A stretch of 64,000 nucleotides of DNA from Oligoflexia bacterium (GCA_963758495.1 CAVWVI010000003.1:1-64000), one strand, 5' to 3'; shown: positions 7,133 through 18,175, counted from the stretch's first letter. A program made the numbers and translations. Notes: generated from the sequence alone by a model not told the origin.

Positions 7133-9903
7133 TTCTTACCCACAGCGGTATTTACACTGAGCTTAATAGATAGCGTCATTGCATTCTCCATCGCTTCGGT
7201 CACTAATTTCTGAATCTCAGGAACCTCATCTTTCGGACAATCTAATACGACTTCGTCATGCACTTGAATAATAAGTTTGGATCGATACCCCCCCGCTGTC
7301 AAGCGACGATCAATTTCAATCATAGCCAATTTAATTAAATCAGCCGCCGTTGCCTGAAGCGGAGTATTCATCGCCATTCTTTCTGCATTTCCTCGAATAG
7401 CTGCATTCTTGGATAAAATATCTGGTAGCCGCCTCTTTCGTCCCATCAGAGACATGACATAACCGCGTTCTTTTGCTTCGAGAATTTGTCGATCCAAGAA
7501 ATCTTTCACACACCGATATCGTTCAAAATATCGATCAATCATTTCTTTTGCTTCACGACGAGGAATTTTTAATTCTTGCGCTAGACCAAAAACACTCTTG
7601 CCATACATCAGACCAAAATTAATAGCCTTGGCCACACTACGCATCTGGTCATCCACTCGATCTTCAGGAACTCCATAAATTTCGCTCGCTGTTCTCTTAT
7701 GAACATCTTCATTATTTTGAAAAGCTTGTGTGAGTACCGGATCTCCACTCATATGAGCCATGAGTCGAAGCTCAATCTGGCTATAATCTGCACTCACCAG
7801 TAAATTTCCCTCACTCGGGATAAATGCTCGACGAATTCTCATTCCTCGCTCTGAACGAACTGGAATGTTTTGTAAGTTTGGATCAGAACTAGAAAGCCGT
7901 CCCGTTGCAGTGACAGTCTGATGAAAACTCGCATGAATTTTACCGGACTTCCGATCGATCATTTGAGGAAGCGGATCTACATAAGTACCCTTAAGCTTGG
8001 AAATTTCTCTATATTCTAAAAGCAATCTAGGAACTTCATGCAATGGTGCTAGAGCTTCCAGCACTTGAGCATCCGTAGAAAATCCTGTTTTAGTCTTTCC
8101 CTGAGTCGGGAGCTTTAACTGATCAAAAAGTAATACTGCAAGTTGTTTGGGAGAATTCAGATTCACAGGACCTTGTGTGTAAGACTGAATTCGATCTTGA
8201 ATCGCTTTAAGCTCATTATTAAATTCATTCGAAAGCATCTCCAACCAGGACGTATCGACACTCACTCCCGCAAGTTCCATTTTCATAAGAACTGGCACAA
8301 GAGGTAGATCAATCTGATAAAACACCTCACTTAACTTCTCCTCATCCAGAAGAAGCTTAAGTTTAGACCAAAGCCTCATTGCTATCCATGCATCTTCAGC
8401 CGAATAACGTGTCGCAACATTTACGTCAATCTGACTAAATGAAATTTCATTGGCACCTTTTCCACATACTTGCTCATAGGTCATGACCTGATAATCTAAA
8501 TACTGGTCCGCCAGTTTCTGTAGATTATGCCGCCCTTCTGGATCCAGAAGGTAAGCTGCAACCATGGTATCCGCGCCAATCCCCTGGGGATTCCATCCGA
8601 GCGATCGAAGTACACTCCAATCATATTTTAAATTCTGCCCGATTTTTTTGTAGTCTGGGTTTTCAATAAAAGGACGAAGAGCTTCTAAAACCTGGGTCTT
8701 TGGAAGTTGCGCTATCGAAGAACCTTGATGCCCTATAGGAATATAACAAGCAAACTCATGATCATAACAGATTGCAATTCCAACAATTTCAGCATCTCTA
8801 GGATTGAGAGAGGTCGTCTCTAAATCAAACCCAAATTGGCGAGTCCGTGCCATCTCATTTAAAAGGTGGTCTAAATCCTTTTCCGTATTCACAGTTCGGA
8901 AACGAGGATCTGGCTCAAACGCGGTCCCTAACATTTCGATTTGTAGCCCCCCCGAAGAGGAAAGAACGGCCTCAGCTTTTTCGCTTTTAGATTCAACTTT
9001 TTCTTTTCCGGCGTCCATTCCATCGGTTTTAATTTTCCACTTCGCCACCAGAGAGTGAAAATCAAGTGCCTTCAACAACTGAGCACAATCTTCTGTGATA
9101 TGAAATCGATATTTCAATAACTCGAGTGGAAAATCAACTTTCAAATCTTCCCGCACAGTTGCAAGTTCTGCAGATAATCGAGCATCTTTTTCATGGGTCT
9201 TTAGGGTCTCCCCTTTCTTACCTGCAATTTTGCCTTCCTTTGCCGCTTCAAGAATCCCCTCTAGAGTTTCAAATTCCTTTAAAAGATCGCTGGCACTCTT
9301 GGGGCCAATGCTCGGCACCCCAGGAATATTATCTGAACTATCTCCCACTAATGCCAAATAATCCCGAATTTGAGTGGGTTTCACTCCAAACTTTGCTTCT
9401 ACTTCAGGGGGATTATAAAACTTATTCGACATGGTATCCCAGATACATACCCGATCCGTTACTAGCTGCATCAAATCCTTGTCACTAGAAACAACGACCA
9501 CATGATTTTCTGGAGAAATCTTGCACCAATTTTTTGTCAGTGTTGCAATCAAATCATCTGCCTCTATCCCACTCTCCCGATAAGAATGAATTTCAAAACA
9601 GCGGATCAACTCTTCAATTCGCGCAAACTGAGGAATAAGATCATCAGGCGCTTCACTCCGATTCGCTTTATATTCGGGATAAATCTCTTTTCTAAAAGAC
9701 GGCTCTTTAGAATCGTAAACAACCGCTAAATATTCAGGTTGAGCTTCATCCGCTAATTTAGCGAGCATGGTAGCAACACCGTACACCGCGTTCGTAGGCT
9801 CCCCTGTCTTCGACTTAAGAGAACGAATTGCAAAAAAAGCACGAAATATAAAGGAGCTGATATCAATCAAATAGAGCGTATGTTTTGAGTCGAGTATAGG
9901 CAT
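7117..9903 (-). CDS. polA: DNA polymerase I
   Basis: 5'-3' exo (IEADD, GDSSDNIPGV), 3'-5' exo (FDLETT), polymerase motifs (ADYSQIELR, KAINFGLMYG, QVHDE). Confidence 0.98.
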   Translation of the reverse strand: MPILDSKHTLYLIDISSFIFRAFFAIRSLKSKTGEPTNAVYGVATMLAKLADEAQPEYLAVVYDSKEPSFRKEIYPEYKANRSEAPDDLIPQFARIEELIRCFEIHSYRESGIEADDLIATLTKNWCKISPENHVVVVSSDKDLMQLVTDRVCIWDTMSNKFYNPPEVEAKFGVKPTQIRDYLALVGDSSDNIPGVPSIGPKSASDLLKEFETLEGILEAAKEGKIAGKKGETLKTHEKDARLSAELATVREDLKVDFPLELLKYRFHITEDCAQLLKALDFHSLVAKWKIKTDGMDAGKEKVESKSEKAEAVLSSSGGLQIEMLGTAFEPDPRFRTVNTEKDLDHLLNEMARTRQFGFDLETTSLNPRDAEIVGIAICYDHEFACYIPIGHQGSSIAQLPKTQVLEALRPFIENPDYKKIGQNLKYDWSVLRSLGWNPQGIGADTMVAAYLLDPEGRHNLQKLADQYLDYQVMTYEQVCGKGANEISFSQIDVNVATRYSAEDAWIAMRLWSKLKLLLDEEKLSEVFYQIDLPLVPVLMKMELAGVSVDTSWLEMLSNEFNNELKAIQDRIQSYTQGPVNLNSPKQLAVLLFDQLKLPTQGKTKTGFSTDAQVLEALAPLHEVPRLLLEYREISKLKGTYVDPLPQMIDRKSGKIHASFHQTVTATGRLSSSDPNLQNIPVRSERGMRIRRAFIPSEGNLLVSADYSQIELRLMAHMSGDPVLTQAFQNNEDVHKRTASEIYGVPEDRVDDQMRSVAKAINFGLMYGKSVFGLAQELKIPRREAKEMIDRYFERYRCVKDFLDRQILEAKERGYVMSLMGRKRRLPDILSKNAAIRGNAERMAMNTPLQATAADLIKLAMIEIDRRLTAGGYRSKLIIQVHDEVVLDCPKDEVPEIQKLVTEAMENAMTLSIKLSVNTAVGKNWMDL

Positions 9904-9912
9904 AGCTTTACC

Positions 9913-10380
9913 CTATACACCTAAGCGCCTCTTAACCTCAATGACTTCGGTGTCTCCCATCACATCACCCAGACGATGCCCAGATTCAACGCTCGCCATC
10001 AAGTAGACTTCCATCACCATCAAAGGGATTCCAATCAATGCCAGGATGAGCCAACCCCAAACCGGAACGATAGCAAAAAAAGTCGTTACTCCTACGGGCG
10101 CATTCCGAAGGGCTGACTCTCGCAATGAGGCCGACTTCCTGTGAAGGGTACTAATCACTTGGAGTCCCATGATCTTTTTTCCGACACTTTGGCCCTGAAA
10201 AGACCCGACATGAATGCCATCACCAAACAAACTATAGAGGAAACCCAGAAGCGGACCAACAGGATAGGGAAGTACCGCGGCCATTAAGAAAACAATAATA
10301 ATATCAATAATTTTAGCAATAACTCGATTGACTACACTGACTCTTACCTGCGCATTAAGAATAGGAACTACAAAAAACAT
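9913..10380 (-). CDS. RDD family membrane protein
   Basis: R..A..ID, GQSVGKKIMGLQV, LRN, RLGD..GDT.V. Confidence 0.85.
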   Translation of the reverse strand: MFFVVPILNAQVRVSVVNRVIAKIIDIIIVFLMAAVLPYPVGPLLGFLYSLFGDGIHVGSFQGQSVGKKIMGLQVISTLHRKSASLRESALRNAPVGVTTFFAIVPVWGWLILALIGIPLMVMEVYLMASVESGHRLGDVMGDTEVIEVKRRLGV

Positions 10381-10390
10381 GAGAAGTATT

Positions 10391-11008
10391 TCACCTCGTG
10401 GGTCCCTGAATCACTCCTACCTGATCGGCATCTTCTAAAAAAAATCGATCTAATAAATCCACCATACTGTGAATTGCAAAAATATGAGTTTCTTGAATTC
10501 TACTTGAATTTTGACCTAGCGCAGCATTTAAACAAATATCACACAAATCCTTAAGACCTCCCCCCGTACCCCCCGTTAGACCAATCACTTTACAATCCAA
10601 ATTACGTGCTTCTTTCACCGCAGCAATCACATTATGGCTCGCCCCGGAGGTAGAAATTGCAATCACGAGGTCACCCGACTTAGATAATGCCTGAATTTGC
10701 TTGACGAAAATTTGATCATAACCAAAATCATTTCCTAAGGCAGTCAAATTTGAAGTATCTGTAGTCAAAGCCAGTGCAGGTAGAGGGCGTCGATCGACTA
10801 GCATTCGTCCGACCATTTCGGCTGCCATATGTTGAGCATCGGCCGCCGATCCCCCATTACCTAAAATCAATATTTTTCCACCCAAACGAATACATTCACC
10901 CATCATTTGTGCAGCAGCCACTAATTGATCGCCACACTCACGTATAAAACCTTGTTGGATGGAAATGGATTCCTGAGAAGTTTTTCTTAAATAATCGTGT
11001 GCTGTCAA
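10391..11008 (-). CDS. gmhA: D-sedoheptulose 7-phosphate isomerase
   Basis: GNGGSAADAQH, ALGNDFGY, ISTSG, RIQETH; TTG start with SD GAGAGGA. Confidence 0.95.
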   Translation of the reverse strand: MTAHDYLRKTSQESISIQQGFIRECGDQLVAAAQMMGECIRLGGKILILGNGGSAADAQHMAAEMVGRMLVDRRPLPALALTTDTSNLTALGNDFGYDQIFVKQIQALSKSGDLVIAISTSGASHNVIAAVKEARNLDCKVIGLTGGTGGGLKDLCDICLNAALGQNSSRIQETHIFAIHSMVDLLDRFFLEDADQVGVIQGPTR

Positions 11009-11145
11009 ACTTTCCTCTCATTCTTGACATCTCTCACTCGACCCTATCGAGAAAACATGTTAGAATCTGTGTACTTTAAGCTAGAGTACTGAATCTTTCG
11101 ATAAAACTAAAGTAAGAATGCAAGAAAATCCTAGGAGTTTAAGTC

Positions 11146-11475
11146 ATGACATCAAAAAACGTCCACGGTGCAACCGATAGCAACTTTGAATCAGATATTA
11201 TGAAATCCTCTGAGCTCACACTGGTAGACTTTTGGGCAGAGTGGTGTGGCCCTTGTCGTCTTTTAGGGCCTACGATTGAACAAATTGCCGATGAATACGC
11301 AGGAAAAATCAAGGTTTTCAAAATGAATGTAGATGAAAACCCAAACACTCCTGCTCGATTTCATATTCGTGGAATTCCTACAGTTATTTTCTTTAAAGGT
11401 GGACAGGCTGTAGATCAGCTAGTCGGAAATCAACCTAAGGATGTTATTGTCCAAACGATCCTCAAGCATTCTTAA
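11146..11475 (+). CDS. trxA: Thioredoxin
   Basis: DFWAEWCGPC, IRGIPT. Confidence 0.97.
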   Translation: MTSKNVHGATDSNFESDIMKSSELTLVDFWAEWCGPCRLLGPTIEQIADEYAGKIKVFKMNVDENPNTPARFHIRGIPTVIFFKGGQAVDQLVGNQPKDVIVQTILKHS

Positions 11476-11485
11476 TGGATGAGCT

Positions 11486-11521
11486 GCGCCTCGGAGAATG
11501 ACGCAATGCTCTTCGAGGCGC
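11486..11521 (+). terminator. Hairpin downstream of trxA
   Basis: GCGCCTCGGAG...CTTCGAGGCGC inverted repeat; no U-tract on the + strand. Confidence 0.4.
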
Positions 11522-11564
11522 AAAATAAATTCAAATAATATCCACTATTCACCGAAAAGAGACC

Positions 11565-12272
11565 ATGCAATGTATTCTTCTTATTGATGACCATGTTGAA
11601 ACACAGCTCATCGTTAAAAACGTGGTTTTTCCAAAATATCGACTGATTTCTGCCTCCTCAGCTTCGGACGCATTGAAAAAAATAGAGAACTTTCCATTCG
11701 ATCTTATTCTAATTGACATCAGCCTACCCGATGGCAATGGTTTAGAATTCTGCACTCAACTTAAAAATAATAGTAAAACACGAAACACACCCTTCATCTT
11801 TTTAACGGCGGACGGAAACACCCACAGCAAGGTCATAGGCTTTTCACTTGGGGCTCAAGATTACGTTGTAAAACCTTTCGATCCCGTTGAACTACGAGCA
11901 CGGATCGAGGCAAGACTTCAAAATATTCAAGAAAACAAAGAGCGGGAAGAAGTTATTAACGTTGAGAATCTCATTATCAATACTGTTTCACAAAAAGTCC
12001 TACTGACCAAAGGGGATGAGGAAATTGATTTAAAACTAACCCCGCTTGAATTTAAAATTCTTCTTTATTTTGTAAAAAATGAGAAAATAGTTCTCAATAG
12101 AGAACAAATCATTACTGCAGTATGGGGTTGGAATGCAGATATTTTTGATCGTGTTATCGATAAACATCTGTCTACCCTTCGCCATAAACTAAAAGATTCA
12201 TCTCAGATTATCGAAACCGTACACGGATTAGGTTACTATTTTAACCCCTCTTCAAAAAAGATAAAACCATGA
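11565..12272 (+). CDS. OmpR/PhoB-family response regulator
   Basis: Receiver (IDD, LIDISLPDGNG, KPF) + winged helix (LTPLEFKIL, LRHKL, IETVHGLGY). Confidence 0.93.
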   Translation: MQCILLIDDHVETQLIVKNVVFPKYRLISASSASDALKKIENFPFDLILIDISLPDGNGLEFCTQLKNNSKTRNTPFIFLTADGNTHSKVIGFSLGAQDYVVKPFDPVELRARIEARLQNIQENKEREEVINVENLIINTVSQKVLLTKGDEEIDLKLTPLEFKILLYFVKNEKIVLNREQIITAVWGWNADIFDRVIDKHLSTLRHKLKDSSQIIETVHGLGYYFNPSSKKIKP

Positions 12273-12438
12273 GACGTAACCCATTGTATTGATAGAATAT
12301 AATTATTACGAAACAGTAATAATTTCGTGAATTTTTTTATCCTTAAATTGGTTATTATTAAGTTATATAAAAAGAGTGTTAAAAACACTCTGAAGTGACA
12401 ATTCAAAGGAAGTAAATAACTTCGAAAAGGGAGGGAAT

Positions 12439-12840
12439 ATGGAGCACCCGAAAACAAATCCTGCGACTAATAAAATTCTGGTTGTAGAAGATGATATTTG
12501 CCTTTCACATATTATCACTCGCATTTTTAAATCAATAGAACCTCAACCTGAAATTCATTGGGTATGCAGCGCAGAAGAGGCTGATATTAAGATCAAAGAG
12601 AATGACGCGAATTACTCTCTTATTATTGCCGATTACACGCTCAATGGAGATCAAACTGGCATAGACTTATGGAATAACTGCTTAAAAAAATATCCAAAAA
12701 TTCCATTTATGATGATTTCATCTTTAACGATCAGCATGTTTTTTGATTTAATCGGACCTAACAAAATCTCTCCCCCATTTCTTCCAAAACCATTTTACAC
12801 TGGAGAGTTTAGGCAAATGATTGAAGCATTACTGCATTGA
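12439..12840 (+). CDS. Single-domain response regulator
   Basis: ILVVEDD, IIADY, FLPKPF. Confidence 0.88.
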   Translation: MEHPKTNPATNKILVVEDDICLSHIITRIFKSIEPQPEIHWVCSAEEADIKIKENDANYSLIIADYTLNGDQTGIDLWNNCLKKYPKIPFMMISSLTISMFFDLIGPNKISPPFLPKPFYTGEFRQMIEALLH

Positions 12841-12870
12841 AATAAAATAACACTCAAAGGAGGCTTTTAA

Positions 12871-13257
12871 ATGTCAACCTTAGACGTCATAGATCTCAAC
12901 TCACTTATGAAGCTAAAACAAATCCAAGGAGATGGCCAGCCGGATATTGTCAAAGAACTTGCTGATCTTTTCTTTAGCACAACCCCAGTTCGTCTTAAAA
13001 ATATGGAAATCTCAATAGACTTGGGGCTTGGACCTACGGTAGCCAGGGAAGCTCATAGTCTTAAATCTGGATCCGCCTATTTAGGTGCAACAGAAATGTC
13101 TCACATCTGCGCACAACTTGAAAACATAGGGCGAACAGCCGTACTTTCTGATGCCCGTCCTTTAATGCTACAACTCAAATCAGAATATGAAAAAGTAAAG
13201 ATTGAACTTGAAAATATTATTCATAAAGGCATCTTAGATGTTCCAAATGGTGGATAG
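12871..13257 (+). CDS. Hpt (histidine phosphotransfer) domain protein
   Basis: AHSLKSGSAYLGA...CAQLE motif. Confidence 0.9.
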   Translation: MSTLDVIDLNSLMKLKQIQGDGQPDIVKELADLFFSTTPVRLKNMEISIDLGLGPTVAREAHSLKSGSAYLGATEMSHICAQLENIGRTAVLSDARPLMLQLKSEYEKVKIELENIIHKGILDVPNGG

Positions 13258-13340
13258 CCCATAGATCGTCAACTTTATGACAGCACAACCCGCTAAAGGA
13301 ACTATTTACCTATTAATTATAAATTTGATATTCTTAAACT

Positions 13341-14918
13341 ATGCAAAAACTTTTCTGCATTTTATCTGCAGGGTTAGTCCTTGTTATCGGGATTATCGGT
13401 ATTTTTTGGTCACCGATTCTTTTTTCTTTCATTCTAGTTGCTCCACTGATTCTCATTGGGATTGGAGATATGCTTCAGACCCAACAAACTATTCGAAGAA
13501 ACTTTCCTCTTGCAGGCCGACTTCGATATCTACTTGAGCTGATTCGTCCTGAAATTTATCAATATTTTATTGAATCAAATTCAGATGGTGTCCCATTCAA
13601 TCGAGAAGAACGTTCAATCGTTTATCAGCGCGCCAAGGGTCAATTAGATACTTTGCCCTTTGGCACTCAATCTAATGTTTACACTGTGGGTTACGAATGG
13701 ATCAATCATTCCCTCGCTCCAAAATCTCCACTCAAAGAGGAGCCTCGAATTCAGGTGGGAGGACCTGACTGTAAGCAACCCTATTCAGCGTCAGTTTTCA
13801 ATATTTCAGCTATGAGTTATGGCTCTCTCAGTAAGAATGCCATCCTTGCCCTCAATACAGGTGCAAAATTAGGTGGATTTGCCCACAATACGGGAGAAGG
13901 AGGCTTAAGCCCCTACCATCTCCAACCCGGGGGAGATTTGATTTGGCAAATTGGAACTGGGTATTTTGGATGCCGAAATCATGATGGCACCTTTAATTTA
14001 GATAAGTTTAAAACACGAGCCAATTTACCCAACGTGAAAATGATTGAAATCAAATTATCCCAAGGTGCAAAGCCTGGACACGGCGGAATTCTTCCTGCCC
14101 GAAAAGTGACTCAGGAAATTGCTGACATTCGTGATGTTCCTATGGGTGTTGATGTCAACTCACCTCCTGCACATAGCACGTTTACTTCTCCACTCGGATT
14201 GTTAAAATTTATTGAAACTCTCCGTATTGCATCAAACGGTAAACCCGTTGGATTTAAAATTTGCTTAGGAAAGCATCGCGAGTTTCTCGCAATCGCAAAA
14301 GCCATGCTTCACTCTCATATTTTTCCTGACTTCATTACAGTAGATGGAGCTGAAGGTGGAACTGGAGCGGCCCCTCTCGAATTTTCAAACTCAGTAGGAA
14401 CCCCCTTACAAGAGGGTCTCACCTTTATCCATAGTACACTCCTTGGAATTGGAGCTCGTGATCAAATCAAGATTATTGCTGCCGGAAAAATTACGACGGG
14501 ATTTGGAATCGCCCAAAAACTTGCCCTAGGTGCTGATATGTGTAATTCCGCAAGAGGGATGATGTTTGCACTCGGATGTATACAAGCCCTACGATGCAAT
14601 ACCAATCACTGCCCGACCGGCGTAGCAACTCAAGACGCTGAACTGACTAAAGGACTCCATGTTCCCGATAAAGCTACCCGAGTTGCAAACTTTCACAAAG
14701 GCACTGTTCACAGCTTTTTAGAGGTGATCGCAGCCGCTGGATTATCTCACCCCAATGAATTACGACCTTGGCATATTCAAAAAAGAATTAGCTCTAAAGA
14801 AGTCCTTCACTATGATGAAATTCACTCATTTCTTAATCACGGTGATTTATTAAAACACCCATTACCAGAAAAGTATGAAAGACCTTGGAACAACGCCAGC
14901 ATCGATACATTTAACTAA
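13341..14918 (+). CDS. FMN-binding glutamate synthase family protein
   Basis: SAMSYGSLS, HNTGEGG, EIKLSQGAKPGHGG, VDGAEGGTGAAP, GCIQALRCNTNHCPTGVATQ. Confidence 0.93.
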   Translation: MQKLFCILSAGLVLVIGIIGIFWSPILFSFILVAPLILIGIGDMLQTQQTIRRNFPLAGRLRYLLELIRPEIYQYFIESNSDGVPFNREERSIVYQRAKGQLDTLPFGTQSNVYTVGYEWINHSLAPKSPLKEEPRIQVGGPDCKQPYSASVFNISAMSYGSLSKNAILALNTGAKLGGFAHNTGEGGLSPYHLQPGGDLIWQIGTGYFGCRNHDGTFNLDKFKTRANLPNVKMIEIKLSQGAKPGHGGILPARKVTQEIADIRDVPMGVDVNSPPAHSTFTSPLGLLKFIETLRIASNGKPVGFKICLGKHREFLAIAKAMLHSHIFPDFITVDGAEGGTGAAPLEFSNSVGTPLQEGLTFIHSTLLGIGARDQIKIIAAGKITTGFGIAQKLALGADMCNSARGMMFALGCIQALRCNTNHCPTGVATQDAELTKGLHVPDKATRVANFHKGTVHSFLEVIAAAGLSHPNELRPWHIQKRISSKEVLHYDEIHSFLNHGDLLKHPLPEKYERPWNNASIDTFN

Positions 14919-15826
14919 GCGCCAGCCTGAAGCCGTGCAATCCGCTCATCCAAAGGAGGATGGGAAGCAAACAATCCCATCAAACCCGTGGGACGACCCG
15001 AGATTTTAAGACTCTGAACTGCAGGTTGCGCGGTAGGATCGACATATTCAAAAGTTCTTTTTAAAGACTCTAATGCTCGAATCATATTAGTTCGACCTGC
15101 CAGTTTAGCACCCCCCGCATCTGCGCGAAATTCACGATAGCGTGAAAAAGCAGCAATCACGATAGAGCCCAGAAGCATAAAGACAATTTCTAAAACCATC
15201 TGAATTAAAAATGAAATCATAGGAGGACTTTGACGGTCTCGACTGTCCCGATCTCCTCTCATCGCTTGCGAAATAGCAAATGCAATCACTCGAGAGAGGA
15301 ACATTGCAAAGGCATTGACTACACCTTGGAGTAAAGTCATGGTCACCATATCACCATTGGAAACATGGGTAATTTCATGACCTAATACGCCTTCTAACTC
15401 TTCTTGATTCATTCGACCTAATAATCCGCTGGATACTGCTACAAGCGCGCGGGATCGAGTGGGACCGGTAGCAAAGGCGTTCACCTCAGGAGAGTCATAA
15501 ATCCCTACTTCAGGCATCACGGGTAAGTTTGCACCTCTGGCTAAATGATGAACTGTTTGAAGAAGTTGCTGGAGGTCTGGGTCTCGGGTTCCTGGATCGA
15601 TCACCTGAACTCCCATCATCCATTTTGCCATGATGCGAGAAAGAGCCAGGGAAATGAAAGCGCCACCCATACCCCACACTAGGCAAAAACCCATCAAATT
15701 TGTGTAATCAAGTCCATAGGGAGTCAAATACGGACCAATTCCTAGAACTCTCAATAGAACTGAAATAGTGAATATCACTAGAAAATTAATTGCCATGAAC
15801 AAGAAAATTCGTTTCATCCAACCCAT
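14915..15826 (-). CDS. htpX: Membrane zinc metalloprotease HtpX
   Basis: NAFATG, HEITH, SRYREFRADAG, SHPPLDERI. Confidence 0.96.
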   Translation of the reverse strand: MGWMKRIFLFMAINFLVIFTISVLLRVLGIGPYLTPYGLDYTNLMGFCLVWGMGGAFISLALSRIMAKWMMGVQVIDPGTRDPDLQQLLQTVHHLARGANLPVMPEVGIYDSPEVNAFATGPTRSRALVAVSSGLLGRMNQEELEGVLGHEITHVSNGDMVTMTLLQGVVNAFAMFLSRVIAFAISQAMRGDRDSRDRQSPPMISFLIQMVLEIVFMLLGSIVIAAFSRYREFRADAGGAKLAGRTNMIRALESLKRTFEYVDPTAQPAVQSLKISGRPTGLMGLFASHPPLDERIARLQAGA

Positions 15827-15868
15827 GTGTAAACTCCTTCGCTTAATTCTGGGGCATAAGCCCTCTTA

Positions 15869-15896
15869 AGTTGGGGCTGATTTGATCACTGTCAAG
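15869..15896 (-). promoter_or_regulatory. Sigma-32-like heat-shock promoter for htpX
   Basis: Minus strand CTTGACA-N13-CCCCAACT versus the RpoH consensus CTTGAAA-N13/14-CCCCATNT. Confidence 0.5.
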
Positions 15897-15901
15897 CCGT
15901 A

Positions 15902-16750
15902 TCAAAATCCAAGTACATTCAGTATCATAATTATGCCTGCTCCCACGACGCAATAAATCCCAAAGTATTTCCATCGGTGTTTTTCAAGCCATGCAGAAAG
16001 CCAGTATAACGCCAAAAGACCTGCACCAAAACTAAAAAACATTCCAAGAAAACCCGGCATCATCAGACGTCCTAACTCCCTATTTAAATAAACTGGAGAG
16101 CCCAAAGCTTTTAGAAATCGATGAGCCTCTATCGCCAAAACAGGAGGAGTCAAAATGACAGCCAGTGCAAAACTAAAGTCTTCTGCAGTCCTTTGTGAAA
16201 TCCCAGAGAGAAGCGCAGTAGAAATGGTAGCCCCGGATCGGGAAAAGCCTCGAAATGGCAAACAGAGCCCTTGAATAACTCCAATAAGAACCGAGGAAGA
16301 GGTATTTACCCCATCATGACTTTCTTTTTTCGTTTTTAAATCTGCAATGATAATCAAAATTCCAACTGCAAAAAGAGCAAGTGCGATCAGTGGCAGACTT
16401 TTAAAAAGATGTTCAATTTCAGCTTTTGACCCATCTACTAGAAGTCGACTTAAAATGACCTTTTCAATCAGTATCTTAAGACTCAATCCAACCGCTCCAG
16501 TATAAATCGTAGCCAGAAAAACTTTTTTAAAAAAATCGAATTTAAGCCGTCGCCACCTGGACCAAAAATAGAAAAGAACGGCGAACATCGTCCCAGTATG
16601 AAGCATGACTAATAAAAATGTCATATCAGGAGCTGATGGATCTAAACCCATTAGTTTTTCGGCCACAATGACGTGAGCGGAACTCGACACGGGCAACAAC
16701 TCTGCTGCCCCTTGAATGACAGCAAGAACCAAAATCTGCAATAGACTCAT
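15902..16750 (-). CDS. uppP: Undecaprenyl-diphosphate phosphatase
   Basis: QGAAELLPVSSSAH, GFSRSGATI. Confidence 0.93.
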   Translation of the reverse strand: MSLLQILVLAVIQGAAELLPVSSSAHVIVAEKLMGLDPSAPDMTFLLVMLHTGTMFAVLFYFWSRWRRLKFDFFKKVFLATIYTGAVGLSLKILIEKVILSRLLVDGSKAEIEHLFKSLPLIALALFAVGILIIIADLKTKKESHDGVNTSSSVLIGVIQGLCLPFRGFSRSGATISTALLSGISQRTAEDFSFALAVILTPPVLAIEAHRFLKALGSPVYLNRELGRLMMPGFLGMFFSFGAGLLALYWLSAWLEKHRWKYFGIYCVVGAGIIMILNVLGF

Positions 16751-16762
16751 TTTTCTCTAGTC

Positions 16763-18175
16763 TCAACTCTCTAAGGCGGTAGCTAATGCTCCATTCCCTG
16801 TATTTGAGTCTGTCTCGACATAGCTCCGAACTTTATATCGTGCAGCACTCAACACAAAGATTATCGAAACTAGAAACATCAGCCCAGCAAAAAAGTAGAA
16901 GAATAGGGCACCTTGAAAAATATTGAGTTTGGCTATAGACGCATCGAGTAAATTTCCTACAAATACAGTTAAAAGCCAAAAACTCATAATAGTGCTCTTC
17001 ATGGTTCTAGGTGCCTGTGTATATGCGAATTCAAGTCCAGTAATAGAAATCATCACCTCCGAACAGGTAATAATCAAATAAGGAATGATCTGCCAAGCTA
17101 CCGAGATTCTTTGCCCCGAATCGATAGCGGCCTGCAAAAGACCTACGATCACAAAGGAAAACGCCGCTAGAACCATTCCAGCAGACATCTTTCGTAGAGG
17201 CGTTACTTTGAATCCTAATTTTTCTACACTTGGGTAAATAATGGATCCAAAAACTGGAATCAGGATCATGACCATGATGGGATTTAAAGCCTGAATCTGG
17301 GCAGCTTCTACATGAAATCCCCAAATATTCAGATCCATACTTTCAGCTTGAAGAACCCAGCTAGATGCATTTTGATCAAAGAGTGCCCAAAATACGGACA
17401 CGGTAATGAAAACCTTCATAATAGAAGCAACTGCCTTAGCTCCCTCGACTTCTTCAAGAGAGTACTTCCTTAAAGCAACATCGAAGAAGCTCTTTCCTTC
17501 CTCTTTTTTTCCATAGTTTTGAAGGGAATATATGAAAATAGACATAAAGCCGGCCGCACCTGTCTTGCCAGAGGGAGGTATATTGACGTACTCTTTTCTA
17601 CCCAACCAAAACAAAAGGGTCGCGATGGCCATCAATACTCCAGGAATCCCAAAGGCAGCCTGAGCTCCGTACTTCACTAAAACAACTGGAATGAGTAAAG
17701 TCGAAAAAAACGAACCAAAATTAATTGACCAGTAAAATAGATCAAAAACCTTTTTTAGAAGATCTTTATTTTTTTCATTGAATTGATCTCCCACATAAGC
17801 CGAAACACACGGTTTAATCCCTCCTGATCCCAGTGCAATTAAGCCAAGCCCAAAATAAAGACCATTTTGACTCTCCCAAAGAGAGAGAGAAAGGTGCCCT
17901 AGGCAATAGACCAGAGAAAGAAGAAGTATTGTTTTATATTTGCCCAAAAATCGATCTGAGAAATACGCTCCCAAGAGCGGCAAGAGATAAACTGCACTAG
18001 CAAAAAGATGATAAATGGTTTTGGAGTCTTGTTGAGCCATTTTCAGATGATTCATCATGAAGACGACAAGAATGCTGCGCATTCCATAGAAACTAAATCG
18101 TTCACAAGCTTCGTTACCTACGATGAATTTAACTTGAGATGGAAAAGCACACAGACTGTTTTTAAAAGCTTTCAT
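16763..18175 (-). CDS. POT/PTR family proton-dependent oligopeptide transporter
   Basis: EACERFSFYGM, GSGGIKP, FYWSINFGS, multiple TM segments. Confidence 0.95.
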   Translation of the reverse strand: MKAFKNSLCAFPSQVKFIVGNEACERFSFYGMRSILVVFMMNHLKMAQQDSKTIYHLFASAVYLLPLLGAYFSDRFLGKYKTILLLSLVYCLGHLSLSLWESQNGLYFGLGLIALGSGGIKPCVSAYVGDQFNEKNKDLLKKVFDLFYWSINFGSFFSTLLIPVVLVKYGAQAAFGIPGVLMAIATLLFWLGRKEYVNIPPSGKTGAAGFMSIFIYSLQNYGKKEEGKSFFDVALRKYSLEEVEGAKAVASIMKVFITVSVFWALFDQNASSWVLQAESMDLNIWGFHVEAAQIQALNPIMVMILIPVFGSIIYPSVEKLGFKVTPLRKMSAGMVLAAFSFVIVGLLQAAIDSGQRISVAWQIIPYLIITCSEVMISITGLEFAYTQAPRTMKSTIMSFWLLTVFVGNLLDASIAKLNIFQGALFFYFFAGLMFLVSIIFVLSAARYKVRSYVETDSNTGNGALATALES

